Assembly: GCA_016213015.1 (NCBI GenBank)
Contig: JACRCE010000057.1
Span: forward strand, 1 to 58,927
Direction of reading: 5' to 3'
From: Deltaproteobacteria bacterium
Lineage (GTDB): Bacteria > Desulfobacterota > GWC2-55-46
DNA: 58,927 nucleotides
The notes beneath the pieces are model-generated. The model had not been told where the DNA came from. It ran no database searches and worked only from the letters and a program-made list of their open reading frames with translations. Positions within the stretch are counted from its first letter, which is position 1. Each line of letters opens with the position of its first letter. This document shows, one piece after another, positions 17,524-26,237 of the stretch. The translations under genes were made by a program, and so were the position numbers.

Positions 17524-18882
17524 ATGAACCCTAAGCTGAAAACCATATACTCGTGTCAGTCATGCGGCCATGCGGCGCATAAATGGCTTGGCAGGTGTCC
17601 CGATTGCGGCGGTTGGAACAGCTTTGTCGAGGAGCGCGCGCCTCAAGCGCCGAAGGGGAGATACGTGTCCGGTTCCTCGTCAACGCCGCAGGCCATAACG
17701 CGGCTTGACATGAAGGAGGAGGACAGGATGCCGACCGGCATAGCCGAGCTTGACAGGGTGCTCGGGCACGGTTTGGTTCCGGGTTCGGCCGTGCTCATCG
17801 GCGGGGAACCGGGCATCGGGAAGTCTACCCTCCTATTGCAGGCAATGGGCGCGCTTGCCCGCGCCAATCGCAAGGTGTTGTACGTTACCGGAGAGGAGTC
17901 CATGCGCCAGATAAGGCTCAGGGCCGAGCGTCTCGGCGCGGTTTCGGACAACCTTATCGTCTTTTCTGAGACCTCGGTTGAAAGGGTCTTGGCAGTAATC
18001 AAAGAGATTGCCCCGGACGTAATCGTCATTGATTCCATACAGACCGTTTACAGCGAGGCGCTCGATTCATCGCCCGGGAGCGTTAGTCAGGTGCGCGAGG
18101 CGTCTCACAGGCTCATTACCGTTGCAAAGGCGATGGAAGCGCCGCTGTTCCTCGTAGGACACGTTACAAAGGACGGCGCCATAGCCGGGCCAAAGGTGCT
18201 GGAGCACATGGTTGACACGGTTCTTTATTTCGAGGGCGACAGGGGGCATCTGTTTAGGATATTAAGGGCGGTAAAGAACCGTTTCGGCTCTATAATGGAG
18301 ATAGGCGTCTTTGAGATGCGGCAAAACGGGTTGTGCGAGGTCTTGAATCCGTCCGAGACCTTCCTTGCCGAGAGGCCGGATGGCGCGTCAGGTTCAGCCG
18401 TGGTATCGAGCCTTGAGGGAACAAGAACGATACTCGTGGAGGTGCAATCTCTCGTATGTCCAACGCTTTTCGGGATGCCGAGAAGAACCGTCGCGGGCGT
18501 GGATTATAACAAGGTGATCCTCATCGCCGCCGTGCTGGAGAAAAAGGCGGGCATGGCGCTTGCAAATCACGACATATTCATAAAGGTGGCCGGAGGGATG
18601 CGGCTCGACGAACCCGCGGTTGACCTTGGCGTAGCGGCCTCCATTGCCTCGAATTTCCTTGACAAGCCGGTTGATCCCAAGACCGTTATCATAGGAGAGC
18701 TTGGCCTTGCAGGCGAGGTAAGGGCCGTGAATCAGGTTGAATCCCGGATAAAGGAGGCCGCAAAGCTTGGATTTCAAAGGTGCATCCTCCCAAAGGACAG
18801 CCTCAAGGGTCTTCCCAGCCTCAAGGGGATGACGCTCATTGGCGTAAAGTCCGTGAAAGAGGCGATAGATGCCATGTTCTAA
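17524..18882 (+). CDS. radA: DNA repair protein RadA/Sms
   Basis: Zn ribbon 'CQSCGHAAHKWLGRCPDCGGWNSF', Walker A 'GGEPGIGKST', 'KNRFG', Lon-like C-terminus. Confidence 0.95.
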   Translation: MNPKLKTIYSCQSCGHAAHKWLGRCPDCGGWNSFVEERAPQAPKGRYVSGSSSTPQAITRLDMKEEDRMPTGIAELDRVLGHGLVPGSAVLIGGEPGIGKSTLLLQAMGALARANRKVLYVTGEESMRQIRLRAERLGAVSDNLIVFSETSVERVLAVIKEIAPDVIVIDSIQTVYSEALDSSPGSVSQVREASHRLITVAKAMEAPLFLVGHVTKDGAIAGPKVLEHMVDTVLYFEGDRGHLFRILRAVKNRFGSIMEIGVFEMRQNGLCEVLNPSETFLAERPDGASGSAVVSSLEGTRTILVEVQSLVCPTLFGMPRRTVAGVDYNKVILIAAVLEKKAGMALANHDIFIKVAGGMRLDEPAVDLGVAASIASNFLDKPVDPKTVIIGELGLAGEVRAVNQVESRIKEAAKLGFQRCILPKDSLKGLPSLKGMTLIGVKSVKEAIDAMF

Positions 18883-19057
18883 GGAACCTCCGATTAATTC
18901 TTTTCTGTCATTCTCGGCTCCGCCGAAGCAATCTCGTCTTAAAGTAACCCCTCCTAAGCCTCCCCTTAAAATAAGGGGAGGAGTTTTCTTAGTAGAGATT
19001 GCCGCGCCGCCTGCGGCGGCTCGCAATGACGGCTTAAATAGAATCAATCAGAGCTTC
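18883..19057. repeat. MITE-like element, family C, copy 1
   Basis: Termini 'CCGATTAATTC..GTCATTCTCG' and 'CGCAATGAC..GAATCAATCAG'. Internal 'CCTCCCCTTaaaataAGGGGAGG' hairpin. Starts right after the radA stop. Confidence 0.7.
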
Positions 19058-19087
19058 AGTAAACGGATAATACGCGCGTTTTCCGGC

Positions 19088-20572
19088 ATGGCCGTTGTAC
19101 TCCTGCTCTCCTTTATTTCCGACTCATCAGCCGCGAGCCACGTCTCAAAAAAACCGTACATAACGGCCGAGGGCCGTCTGACCTACGCCATGTTCATGGC
19201 CGATGATGGTGAATACGAGGCCGCTTGCCGGGAGTTTCAAAGACTCATAGAGGAGTTTCCCGCAAACGCGCTCATTGAAAAGGCGCAGTACGGCCTTGCC
19301 GGGACATACATGAAATCAGCGCGTTACAAGGAGGCTCAAGAGACATACGGGATGTTTTTATCCAATTTTCCGGATTCCTCTCTTGCGCCGTCCGCGCGGG
19401 CAGGGGAGACTCAGGCCAAAAACGCCGGACTGATGGCGCGGCTTCCGGTCGTGCAAGCGCCTGTTTATAATCCTTTGTCTAACGGGAGAGATGAACTGAG
19501 GGCCGTTCAGATATTGGTCCTCGATGCGAAGAACGATGCGGACGTTGACAGAGAGTTTGAGCGATTGAAAAACGCTGGCGTGAACGCCGTGATATTCAGG
19601 GTCTTTCACAACAAGGGGGACAGGTTTCACGCGAGCGCCGTACCGAGGCAAAAGAGGGGCGTGTATTTTAATGCCGAACACGCGCCTGTAGTTGACGATA
19701 TACTCCCAAAGGTACTGGCGCTTGCCCACGCGAGAGGTCTCAAGGTATTCGCATGGATGACCACGCGATACGCGGATTACGGGGTCGAGGAGGATGAGAC
19801 GATTGCGTGCAGGTCTTATGATTTTGTCGGCAAGACCTTTTCGCGTTGCGCCGGTCTTGATCTCTTCAACGAAACCGCGGTCAAGAGACTTGAGGCGATA
19901 TACTCAGACCTTGCCGATTACGACATTGACGGCATACTCTTTCAGGACGACCTCGTCCTGAAGCACAACGAAGGCTTTGGGGAGCAGATGACCACGCTAT
20001 TCAGAAAGGATACGCGGCGCGCCATCTCGCCCGATGTGTTGTACATGCCGGCAAACGACGGCTCCACGGTGCGATATACGCCGCTTTTCTGGGAGTGGGC
20101 CGCGTGGAAGAACAAAAGACTTCTTGAGGTGGCGTCAAGGCTTCGCGCCGTCGTACGGAAAAAGAGGCCGGACGCCTTGTTCGCTATAAATCTTATGTAC
20201 GAGAGCATAACCAACCCTCCGATGGCGCTCGCGTGGCTGTCGCAGGATTTTTCCAAGGCCGTTAAAACGGACTTTGATTATTACTCGATTATGGCGTATC
20301 ATAAGCAGATGGAGGACGAACTCGGCTCTACCCCTCAGGCAATAAGGGATATGATAGCCGATATGGCCTCCCATGCGGCGCGCACTGTTAAAGACCGGAA
20401 CAGGGTGCTTATAAAACTTCAGACCGTTGACTGGAAAACGTCCCAACCGTTGCCGCAAGGCGATATAATCGGCCTCATAAGCGGCGTTAGAAAGGCAAGC
20501 GGATGCAGCATCGCGCTGGTGCCGTACCGCCGGGGATTTCCGCTTGATGCGCTGGGCGCTGATAACTATTGA
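19088..20572 (+). CDS. Secreted TPR protein fused to a PgaB-C-terminal-like (GHL13-type) glycosyl-hydrolase-like domain
   Basis: Signal-like 'MAVVLLLSFISDSSAAS'. 'NAVIFRVFHN', 'GLKVFAWM', 'DIDGILFQDDL' resembles the PgaB C-terminal domain. The tracked start at 18869 runs through a repeat. Confidence 0.45.
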   Translation: MAVVLLLSFISDSSAASHVSKKPYITAEGRLTYAMFMADDGEYEAACREFQRLIEEFPANALIEKAQYGLAGTYMKSARYKEAQETYGMFLSNFPDSSLAPSARAGETQAKNAGLMARLPVVQAPVYNPLSNGRDELRAVQILVLDAKNDADVDREFERLKNAGVNAVIFRVFHNKGDRFHASAVPRQKRGVYFNAEHAPVVDDILPKVLALAHARGLKVFAWMTTRYADYGVEEDETIACRSYDFVGKTFSRCAGLDLFNETAVKRLEAIYSDLADYDIDGILFQDDLVLKHNEGFGEQMTTLFRKDTRRAISPDVLYMPANDGSTVRYTPLFWEWAAWKNKRLLEVASRLRAVVRKKRPDALFAINLMYESITNPPMALAWLSQDFSKAVKTDFDYYSIMAYHKQMEDELGSTPQAIRDMIADMASHAARTVKDRNRVLIKLQTVDWKTSQPLPQGDIIGLISGVRKASGCSIALVPYRRGFPLDALGADNY

Positions 20573-20578
20573 CCTCTT

Positions 20579-21289
20579 ATGCCAATAACCGTCAACAAAG
20601 ACGTCTGCGGACTTTGCCGGTGCGAGATACGGCATAACGCCCTGTTCGCCGGCCTTACCGCGGCGCAGCTTGACGCCTTCAAGGACGTTGTCAAGACCTC
20701 TCAGCTCAAAAGGCGCGAGATGGTGTTCATGGAAGGCGATCCTTGCTCCGGCCTTTATATAATCCGTCTCGGCAGGGTCAAGCTGGTCAGGGCATCGAGT
20801 TCAGGCAAGGAGCAGATAATAAAGATAACGTACTCAGGCGACATGTTGGGCTTCGAGGTCTTCTACGGCTCCAAGGTCTATGCCCATACCGCCATTGCAA
20901 TGGACGACTCCGAGCTTTGTTACGTGTCAAAGGCCGCGCTCTTCCGGATCCTCGAAAAAGACCCGGCAATAGCAAGAAAGATTATCATAGCGCTCGGCTC
21001 CGAGTTGAATCAGGCGTATGAGAGGATCGGCTCGCTTGGGCTTTTGAATGCAAGGGAAAAGATGGCGCATCTTTTGTATACGCTTGCGAACGAATACGGC
21101 GTGAAGGCGGACCGAGGAGTAAAGTTGAGCCTTACGCTCTCGCGCCTCGACATCGCGGAGCTGCTCGGAATAACGCAGGAGACCTCCATACGTCTCCTAA
21201 AAAGCTTCAAGGAGGACGGCATCCTTGAGATAAAAAGAAAAGAGATTCTGATAAAGTCGCTGCCAAGGCTCAAGGAGATGGGGGAGTAG
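20579..21289 (+). CDS. Crp/Fnr-family transcriptional regulator with N-terminal CxxCxC
   Basis: cNMP-binding-like barrel, C-terminal HTH 'RLDIAELLGITQETSIRLLKSF', and N-terminal 'VCGLCRC'. Confidence 0.8.
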   Translation: MPITVNKDVCGLCRCEIRHNALFAGLTAAQLDAFKDVVKTSQLKRREMVFMEGDPCSGLYIIRLGRVKLVRASSSGKEQIIKITYSGDMLGFEVFYGSKVYAHTAIAMDDSELCYVSKAALFRILEKDPAIARKIIIALGSELNQAYERIGSLGLLNAREKMAHLLYTLANEYGVKADRGVKLSLTLSRLDIAELLGITQETSIRLLKSFKEDGILEIKRKEILIKSLPRLKEMGE

Positions 21290-21305
21290 CCCCAATAACA
21301 CCCGC

Positions 21306-22742
21306 ATGGCATTTTCCATCCGCACAAGGCTGACCTTCTGGTACGTTACGCTCCTGACCTTAAGCCTCATCGTCTTTAGCGCGGCCTTCTCCTATTCCGT
21401 CTACCGCATATCCATAAACCGCATAGACGGCCAGATTGCATCGGTGGCCGAGATGATGGTGCATACCATTGTCAAGCCTTCAGGCGAGTTTTTTTTGCCG
21501 AGGGACTTCGACATCATACTCGGCAGATTTTTCGGCATCCGCACAGCGGGTCATTACATACAACTGCTCGACGCGAAAGGCGCCATAGTGGCGCGTTCAT
21601 CCTCGCTCGAAGGACGTTACAACATGCCGCTGTCAAAGGAGGCTTATGCAGAGGCGCTCAAGGGGGTTCAGACGTATGAAAATGTAAAGGGGGCGAGGAG
21701 ATTCCCCATAAGGGTTGTAACAAAGCCCATTATATTCAAGGGGGCGCGGCTCGTGGCCATCGTGCAGGTCGGCTCGTCGCTCGAAGGCATGGAGGACATA
21801 TTCCATTCGTTGGCGCTCATATTAGGGCTCGGCGTCGTCGCCGTGGTCATTACTGCCTCGGTCTTCGGCGCGCTGCTCGCCAGAAAGGCATTAAAGCCCG
21901 TCGCCCAGATTACGGCGCAGGCAAGAAAGATTACCGCCGAAAATCTCAACGAGAGGCTTGAGGTCAGGGTCTCTCAGGACGAGATAGGTTCTCTTGCGGT
22001 TACCATCAACGAGATGATAGAAAGGCTTGAAGCTTCTTTCAATCGCATCCGCCAGTTCACGGCCGACGCGTCGCATGAGTTGAAGACCCCGTTGACCATA
22101 CTCAAGGGCGAGATGGAGATGGCGTTGCGATCAAAGGACGACGTGCAGTACATGCAAACGGTCATTGCGTCGTCCCTTGAGGAGATAGACAGGATGAGTT
22201 ATATAGTAAGGAACCTCCTTGACCTTGCAAGGCTCGACGCTGATAAGGAGGCGTTGGAAAGACAGCCGGTCAAACTTGACGAGATTCTTGCCGGGCGCTA
22301 TGAACACCTTCAGCGTTTTGCCCTTGACTCTCGCGTGGAGTTGGTTATGCTTAATAACGCGCCGTGTACGGTCATGGGGGACGCCGTCAGGATAGGCCAA
22401 CTCTTCTATAACCTCATTGACAACGCCATTAAGTACAGCCCTGAAGGCGCAAGGGTTGAAATCTCGCTTGACGCGGAGGCAAGGCAAGCGGTTGTCAGGA
22501 TACGGGATACCGGCATCGGTATTGCCAAAGAAGACCTGCCGTATATATTCGACAGGTTCTACAGGGTGGACAAGGCGCGAACAACCGCCCTTGGAGGCGC
22601 GGGATTGGGGCTTAGCATCTGCAAGGAGATAGTTGAGAGCCTTGGCGGCTCCATCGAGGCGCAAAGCGAGGCCGGCAAGGGTACGCTTTTTATAGTAAGG
22701 CTCGCGTTGATGGACAACTCCTTTTCCTCTCCCCTTTATTAA
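21306..22742 (+). CDS. Membrane sensor histidine kinase (2 TM, HAMP, HisKA, HATPase_c)
   Basis: 'FTADASHELKTPLT', 'NLIDNAIKYS', 'DTGIGI', 'GAGLGLSI'. Confidence 0.9.
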   Translation: MAFSIRTRLTFWYVTLLTLSLIVFSAAFSYSVYRISINRIDGQIASVAEMMVHTIVKPSGEFFLPRDFDIILGRFFGIRTAGHYIQLLDAKGAIVARSSSLEGRYNMPLSKEAYAEALKGVQTYENVKGARRFPIRVVTKPIIFKGARLVAIVQVGSSLEGMEDIFHSLALILGLGVVAVVITASVFGALLARKALKPVAQITAQARKITAENLNERLEVRVSQDEIGSLAVTINEMIERLEASFNRIRQFTADASHELKTPLTILKGEMEMALRSKDDVQYMQTVIASSLEEIDRMSYIVRNLLDLARLDADKEALERQPVKLDEILAGRYEHLQRFALDSRVELVMLNNAPCTVMGDAVRIGQLFYNLIDNAIKYSPEGARVEISLDAEARQAVVRIRDTGIGIAKEDLPYIFDRFYRVDKARTTALGGAGLGLSICKEIVESLGGSIEAQSEAGKGTLFIVRLALMDNSFSSPLY

Positions 22743-23001
22743 AGGAGACCTTTGCATAACTCAAAAAAAGGTCACGGTTGTCATTCTGAGCGAAGCGAAG
22801 AATCTTACTTCGTTGGTAATTCAGCAAGTTATAAGATTCGGAGCCTGCCCCGAGCGAAGCGAGGGGTCTCTTGCCGCGTTATGCCGATGAATTGGTTTGC
22901 TTCGGCTATGCCTCGCAACCGCAAAAGCGCTCCTCAGAATGACAGACGACGGTTTTTTAGAGAGTCCTTAACAGTTATGCAAAGGTCTCTTATTAAAGGG
23001 G
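22731..23001. repeat. Element of about 270 nt bounded by inverted repeats, related to family C
   Basis: Inverted repeats of about 30 nt, 'CCCCTTTATTAAAGGAGACCTTTGCATAACT' and 'AGTTATGCAAAGGTCTCTTATTAAAGGGG'. Inner 'GTCATTCTGAG...CTCAGAATGAC'. Confidence 0.7.
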
Positions 23002-23046
23002 AGGCTTAGAGGGGTTGAGCGGATATTCCATAAGGGGGTTATATTT

Positions 23047-24075
23047 ATGAACATCGGAGTGCTTACCGGCGGCGGGGACTGCCCGGGCCTGAATGCCGTT
23101 ATAAGGGCAGTGGTAAGAAGGGGGGATCAGTTCGGGTACGAGTTTACAGGCATACGCGACGGATGGAGGGGGCTTGTAGAGAGCGAGACCGTCAAGATGA
23201 CGCCGGAGTTCGTCTCAGGGCTTTTGCCCGTAGGCGGCACAAAGCTCGGCACTTCGCGGACGAATCCGCTTAAATCCGAAAAAGACACCGCGGCTGTCAT
23301 AAACAACATAAAACAGCTTAAGCTCGACGCGCTCATCTGCATCGGCGGCGACGACACCCTCGGCGTAGCGACAAAGCTCTTTCAAAAGGGCATCAAGACT
23401 ATAGGCGTGCCCAAGACCATTGACAACGACCTTTCAGGCACCGACTTTACGTTCGGCTTTGATACGGCCGTCAGCATAGTCGCATGGTCGCTTGACAGGC
23501 TTCACACGACGACCGAGGCGCATCATAGGGCGATGGTGGTCGAGGTCATGGGTAGACACGCGGGCTGGATTGCCGTCTACGGCGGCATCGCCGGAGGCGC
23601 AAACGTGATACTTATACCGGAAAAGCCGTTCGACATTACCGAGGTCTGTTCGTATATAGATAAACGAAGGCAACGCGGCAAATGCTCGAGCATCGTTGTG
23701 GCCGCGGAAGGCGCGTATCCAAAGGAAGCGGGCGGCATGATAACCAAGGACAAGGCGCTTGACGCATTCGGACACGCCAAGCTCGGCGGGGTGGGCGAGT
23801 TTCTTGCCAAGGAAATAGAGAATAGAACCGGCATCGAGTCCAGGCACGTGGTGCTTGGGCATCTTCAACGCGGGGGCACTCCAACGGCCTACGACAGGAT
23901 ACTTGCGACGCGCTTCGGCGTAAAGGCCGTTGAACTGATACATGAGGGCAGGTTCGGCAGGATGGTAGCCCTGCAGGGCAACGCCATAACAGACATCTCC
24001 CTTGCCGACGCCACAAGCAAGACAAAGACGGTTGACGCGGAGTCCTTGAGGATTGCCGAGATATTTTTAGGGTAG
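23047..24075 (+). CDS. pfk: 6-phosphofructokinase, with residues typical of PPi-dependent enzymes
   Basis: 'GVLTGGGDCPGLNAVIR', 'GGDDT' and 'PKTIDND' (Asp/Lys signature). Confidence 0.85.
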   Translation: MNIGVLTGGGDCPGLNAVIRAVVRRGDQFGYEFTGIRDGWRGLVESETVKMTPEFVSGLLPVGGTKLGTSRTNPLKSEKDTAAVINNIKQLKLDALICIGGDDTLGVATKLFQKGIKTIGVPKTIDNDLSGTDFTFGFDTAVSIVAWSLDRLHTTTEAHHRAMVVEVMGRHAGWIAVYGGIAGGANVILIPEKPFDITEVCSYIDKRRQRGKCSSIVVAAEGAYPKEAGGMITKDKALDAFGHAKLGGVGEFLAKEIENRTGIESRHVVLGHLQRGGTPTAYDRILATRFGVKAVELIHEGRFGRMVALQGNAITDISLADATSKTKTVDAESLRIAEIFLG

Positions 24076-24081
24076 GGGCGA

Positions 24082-24558
24082 ATGGACGGTAGGATTCAGA
24101 TGACGACAACCCATGCCGTCGTGTTGACGCTGCTGATAAGCGTAATGGGTTGTTCAAAGACCTCGGACGAGACGGCGATACGCGCCGTTGTCGCCAAGGC
24201 GGTTGAAGCCGCTGAGTCAAAGGATGTAGGCGGCTTCATGAAGCTGATCTCAAAGGCATATAAGGACGATTCGGGTAACGACTACAACGCGGTGAAAGGC
24301 ATCATCCTGTATCAGTTCTTCAGGAGCGATAATGTCATGGTCTTCGTTCGCAGTCTTGAAGTCGAGATAAAGGGCGATACGGCCGTTGTCAACGCAAAGG
24401 TCGCGCTCTCAAGAGGAGCGGACATCAAGGGTTTGAAGGACATCCCGCCAGACGCGGCCTCGGCAATGACATTTTCAGTAGTGTTGAAGAAAGAAGACGG
24501 CAGATGGAAGGCCGTCAATGCAAGGTGGGAACGGACAGGGGTTAGTGGGCTGATCTAA
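24082..24558 (+). CDS. Small lipoprotein, NTF2/SnoaL-like fold suspected
   Basis: Lipobox 'LISVMGCSK'. The fold assignment is only an impression from the sequence pattern. Confidence 0.35.
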   Translation: MDGRIQMTTTHAVVLTLLISVMGCSKTSDETAIRAVVAKAVEAAESKDVGGFMKLISKAYKDDSGNDYNAVKGIILYQFFRSDNVMVFVRSLEVEIKGDTAVVNAKVALSRGADIKGLKDIPPDAASAMTFSVVLKKEDGRWKAVNARWERTGVSGLI

Positions 24559-24692
24559 GGAAGCTCTGATTAATTCTTTTTTTGTCATTGCGTTGTTGTT
24601 TTCCTTCCCCGCTTAAAACACGCGAGGACAAGTGAATACGAGATTGCTTCGCGGTGCGAGAATGACGGGTTAGTGAATTAATCAGAGATTCC
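24559..24692. repeat. MITE-like element, family C, copy 2
   Basis: Termini 'GGAAGCTCTGATTAATTC...GTCATTG' and 'GAGAATGAC...GAATTAATCAGAGATTCC'. Confidence 0.7.
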
Positions 24693-24725
24693 TTAGCATA
24701 AAGTACGCCTATCCCCTGCTTTGCC

Positions 24726-25844
24726 TTAAAACCTCGGCTCCCCGTCAACGATAACCTCAACCTTGTCTTCGCCCTTTATCACCTCAAGCGTAGGTCTGAA
24801 GAATATGAAGTCCTCGTGGAACGGGACGCTTACCTTTCCTCCGAACGAGGAGTTGTCTCCGATGGCGATATGCAGCGTGCCGAGTATCTTTTCGGTTTCA
24901 AGGATGTTGTTTGGACGAGTTGCCTTGTCGTTCGTGCCTATGCCAAGCTCCGCGATATTGCCGATCAGGGGATTGGAATCGATCAATCCCCTGAGCTTAT
25001 CGGCGAACTCACCTTTGCCCGCGACGTCGACCACAGAGCCGTCCTTCACATAAAGCTCGACCGGCCTCGATAGTTTTCTGTCCGGCGCCCATTCGACTAT
25101 AAGCGTGCCGTTTGCCGTGCCCTCGACAGGCGCAAGGAATGCCTCTCCGGCCGGCAGGTTGCTGAATGAACCGGGCCCGGTTATTATGCCGGTGTCGGCA
25201 ATGGCTCTCCGGCCTGCTATCGAAAAATTTATCGCCGTGCCGTTGTGCGTGGTTATATAGACCTCTTCGCCTTTGGCAAGCATGGCGGCAACGCGGTTTG
25301 TGCGGTCCTGCACCTCGTTCCAGTCCGCGCTCATGGCCCCATCGAGCATATCCTCCTCGAAAAGCGGCATGCTTGCGTATCTTGCGCCCATGATATTCGT
25401 AAGAAAATCCCTGAACCGCGTATGCGACGTGGAAAAGTGCGAAAGCGCGATTATCGCGTGAGGCGAGACGCCCGCCTCTTTTATAATGCGTTCAGCGGCC
25501 TTGAGCAATGCCTTGTCCGCCTGTTTTTTCAAAATCCTGTCCATCATCCCTGCTTCAATCAATCTATTTACGGCATTGGCGCCGAATGCGGCCTTCCATA
25601 ATTCTATCGGCGGCTCCTTGCCGTGCCCCATCCTTGACGGGAACTCCGCATAGACCGTATTGCAGTATTCCCTTCCGGCTTCGGCGGCGTCAAGGGCAAG
25701 CGCGGACGTTCTTTCACGTTTTTGTTTTGCATCTACGGACAAGTGTTCATCGGCGTTTACAATGTCCGTAAAGATCAGGACTTTTTCATCCTTTTTGACG
25801 CCAAGGTTTATCGTGAAGATTCTTTTCAGCGCGTCAACGTTCAT
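24726..25844 (-). CDS. M29-family (AmpS/aminopeptidase T-like) aminopeptidase
   Basis: 'NLPAGEAFLAPV', 'ELGIGTN', 'LHIAIGDN'. Confidence 0.65.
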   Translation of the reverse strand: MNVDALKRIFTINLGVKKDEKVLIFTDIVNADEHLSVDAKQKRERTSALALDAAEAGREYCNTVYAEFPSRMGHGKEPPIELWKAAFGANAVNRLIEAGMMDRILKKQADKALLKAAERIIKEAGVSPHAIIALSHFSTSHTRFRDFLTNIMGARYASMPLFEEDMLDGAMSADWNEVQDRTNRVAAMLAKGEEVYITTHNGTAINFSIAGRRAIADTGIITGPGSFSNLPAGEAFLAPVEGTANGTLIVEWAPDRKLSRPVELYVKDGSVVDVAGKGEFADKLRGLIDSNPLIGNIAELGIGTNDKATRPNNILETEKILGTLHIAIGDNSSFGGKVSVPFHEDFIFFRPTLEVIKGEDKVEVIVDGEPRF

Positions 25845-25884
25845 ATTGCCTCCATGCCTGCGGTTCTATTGACTGCTGTTTTTG

Positions 25885-25912
25885 AATATACCAGCGTTAT
25901 GCAGTAAGTCAA
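25885..25912 (-). promoter_or_regulatory. Candidate sigma-70 promoter for the aminopeptidase gene
   Basis: Minus strand TTGACT-N16-TATATT. Confidence 0.4.
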
Positions 25913-25925
25913 GGCGCTCGTCGTG

Positions 25926-25983
25926 CGGGCAATATAGATTTTTATCTGCCTTGGTGTTTATTCCCTATTAAAGTTCTTTGGCT
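25926..25983 (-). repeat. 58-nt intergenic repeat, family D, copy 1
   Basis: The reverse complement matches 47814-47871 with 6 mismatches in 58 nt (my hand alignment). Confidence 0.75.
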
Positions 25984-26045
25984 TCCCGTTGGCTAAGCTA
26001 CGGTTAGCCCCGGCAAGGAATTGCTCATTTTGAGACCACGTCTTA

Positions 26046-26120
26046 TCGCGCCCAGCACCACTTTGCAATACGAGACTTGTCAAACGATACGCTTTTGTGA
26101 CACGAAGTGGTGCTGGGCGC
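26046..26120. repeat. Hairpin element, family B, copy 1
   Basis: Perfect 17-bp stem CGCGCCCAGCACCACTT / AAGTGGTGCTGGGCGCG around a 41-nt loop. Confidence 0.8.
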
Positions 26121-26163
26121 GAGTCGCCGTGTAACCGGTCTTTCAAGAAAGGTAGACAAAATA

Positions 26164-26192
26164 TTGACATCCGTTTTTATTTCGCGTATAAT
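26164..26192 (+). promoter_or_regulatory. Consensus sigma-70 promoter upstream of the NtrC-family regulator
   Basis: TTGACA-N17-TATAAT, an exact consensus, 45 nt before ATG 26238. Confidence 0.7.
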
Positions 26193-26237
26193 TTCAAACA
26201 TCAGGTCAGTATTTTGGCTGGCATCTGGAGCGTTCGT

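Noticed and set aside
18869-19087. N-terminal 73 aa of the tracked 567-aa ORF (start 18869), and similar extensions at 13896, 29545, 33677 and 37820. Also stand-alone ORFs 22752-23009(+), 13557-14027(-), 38289-38534(-) and 25958-26170(-).
   Set aside because: These segments are translations of the palindromic repeat families. The same 'peptides' recur wherever the repeat occurs, and good internal starts with RBSs follow the repeats.
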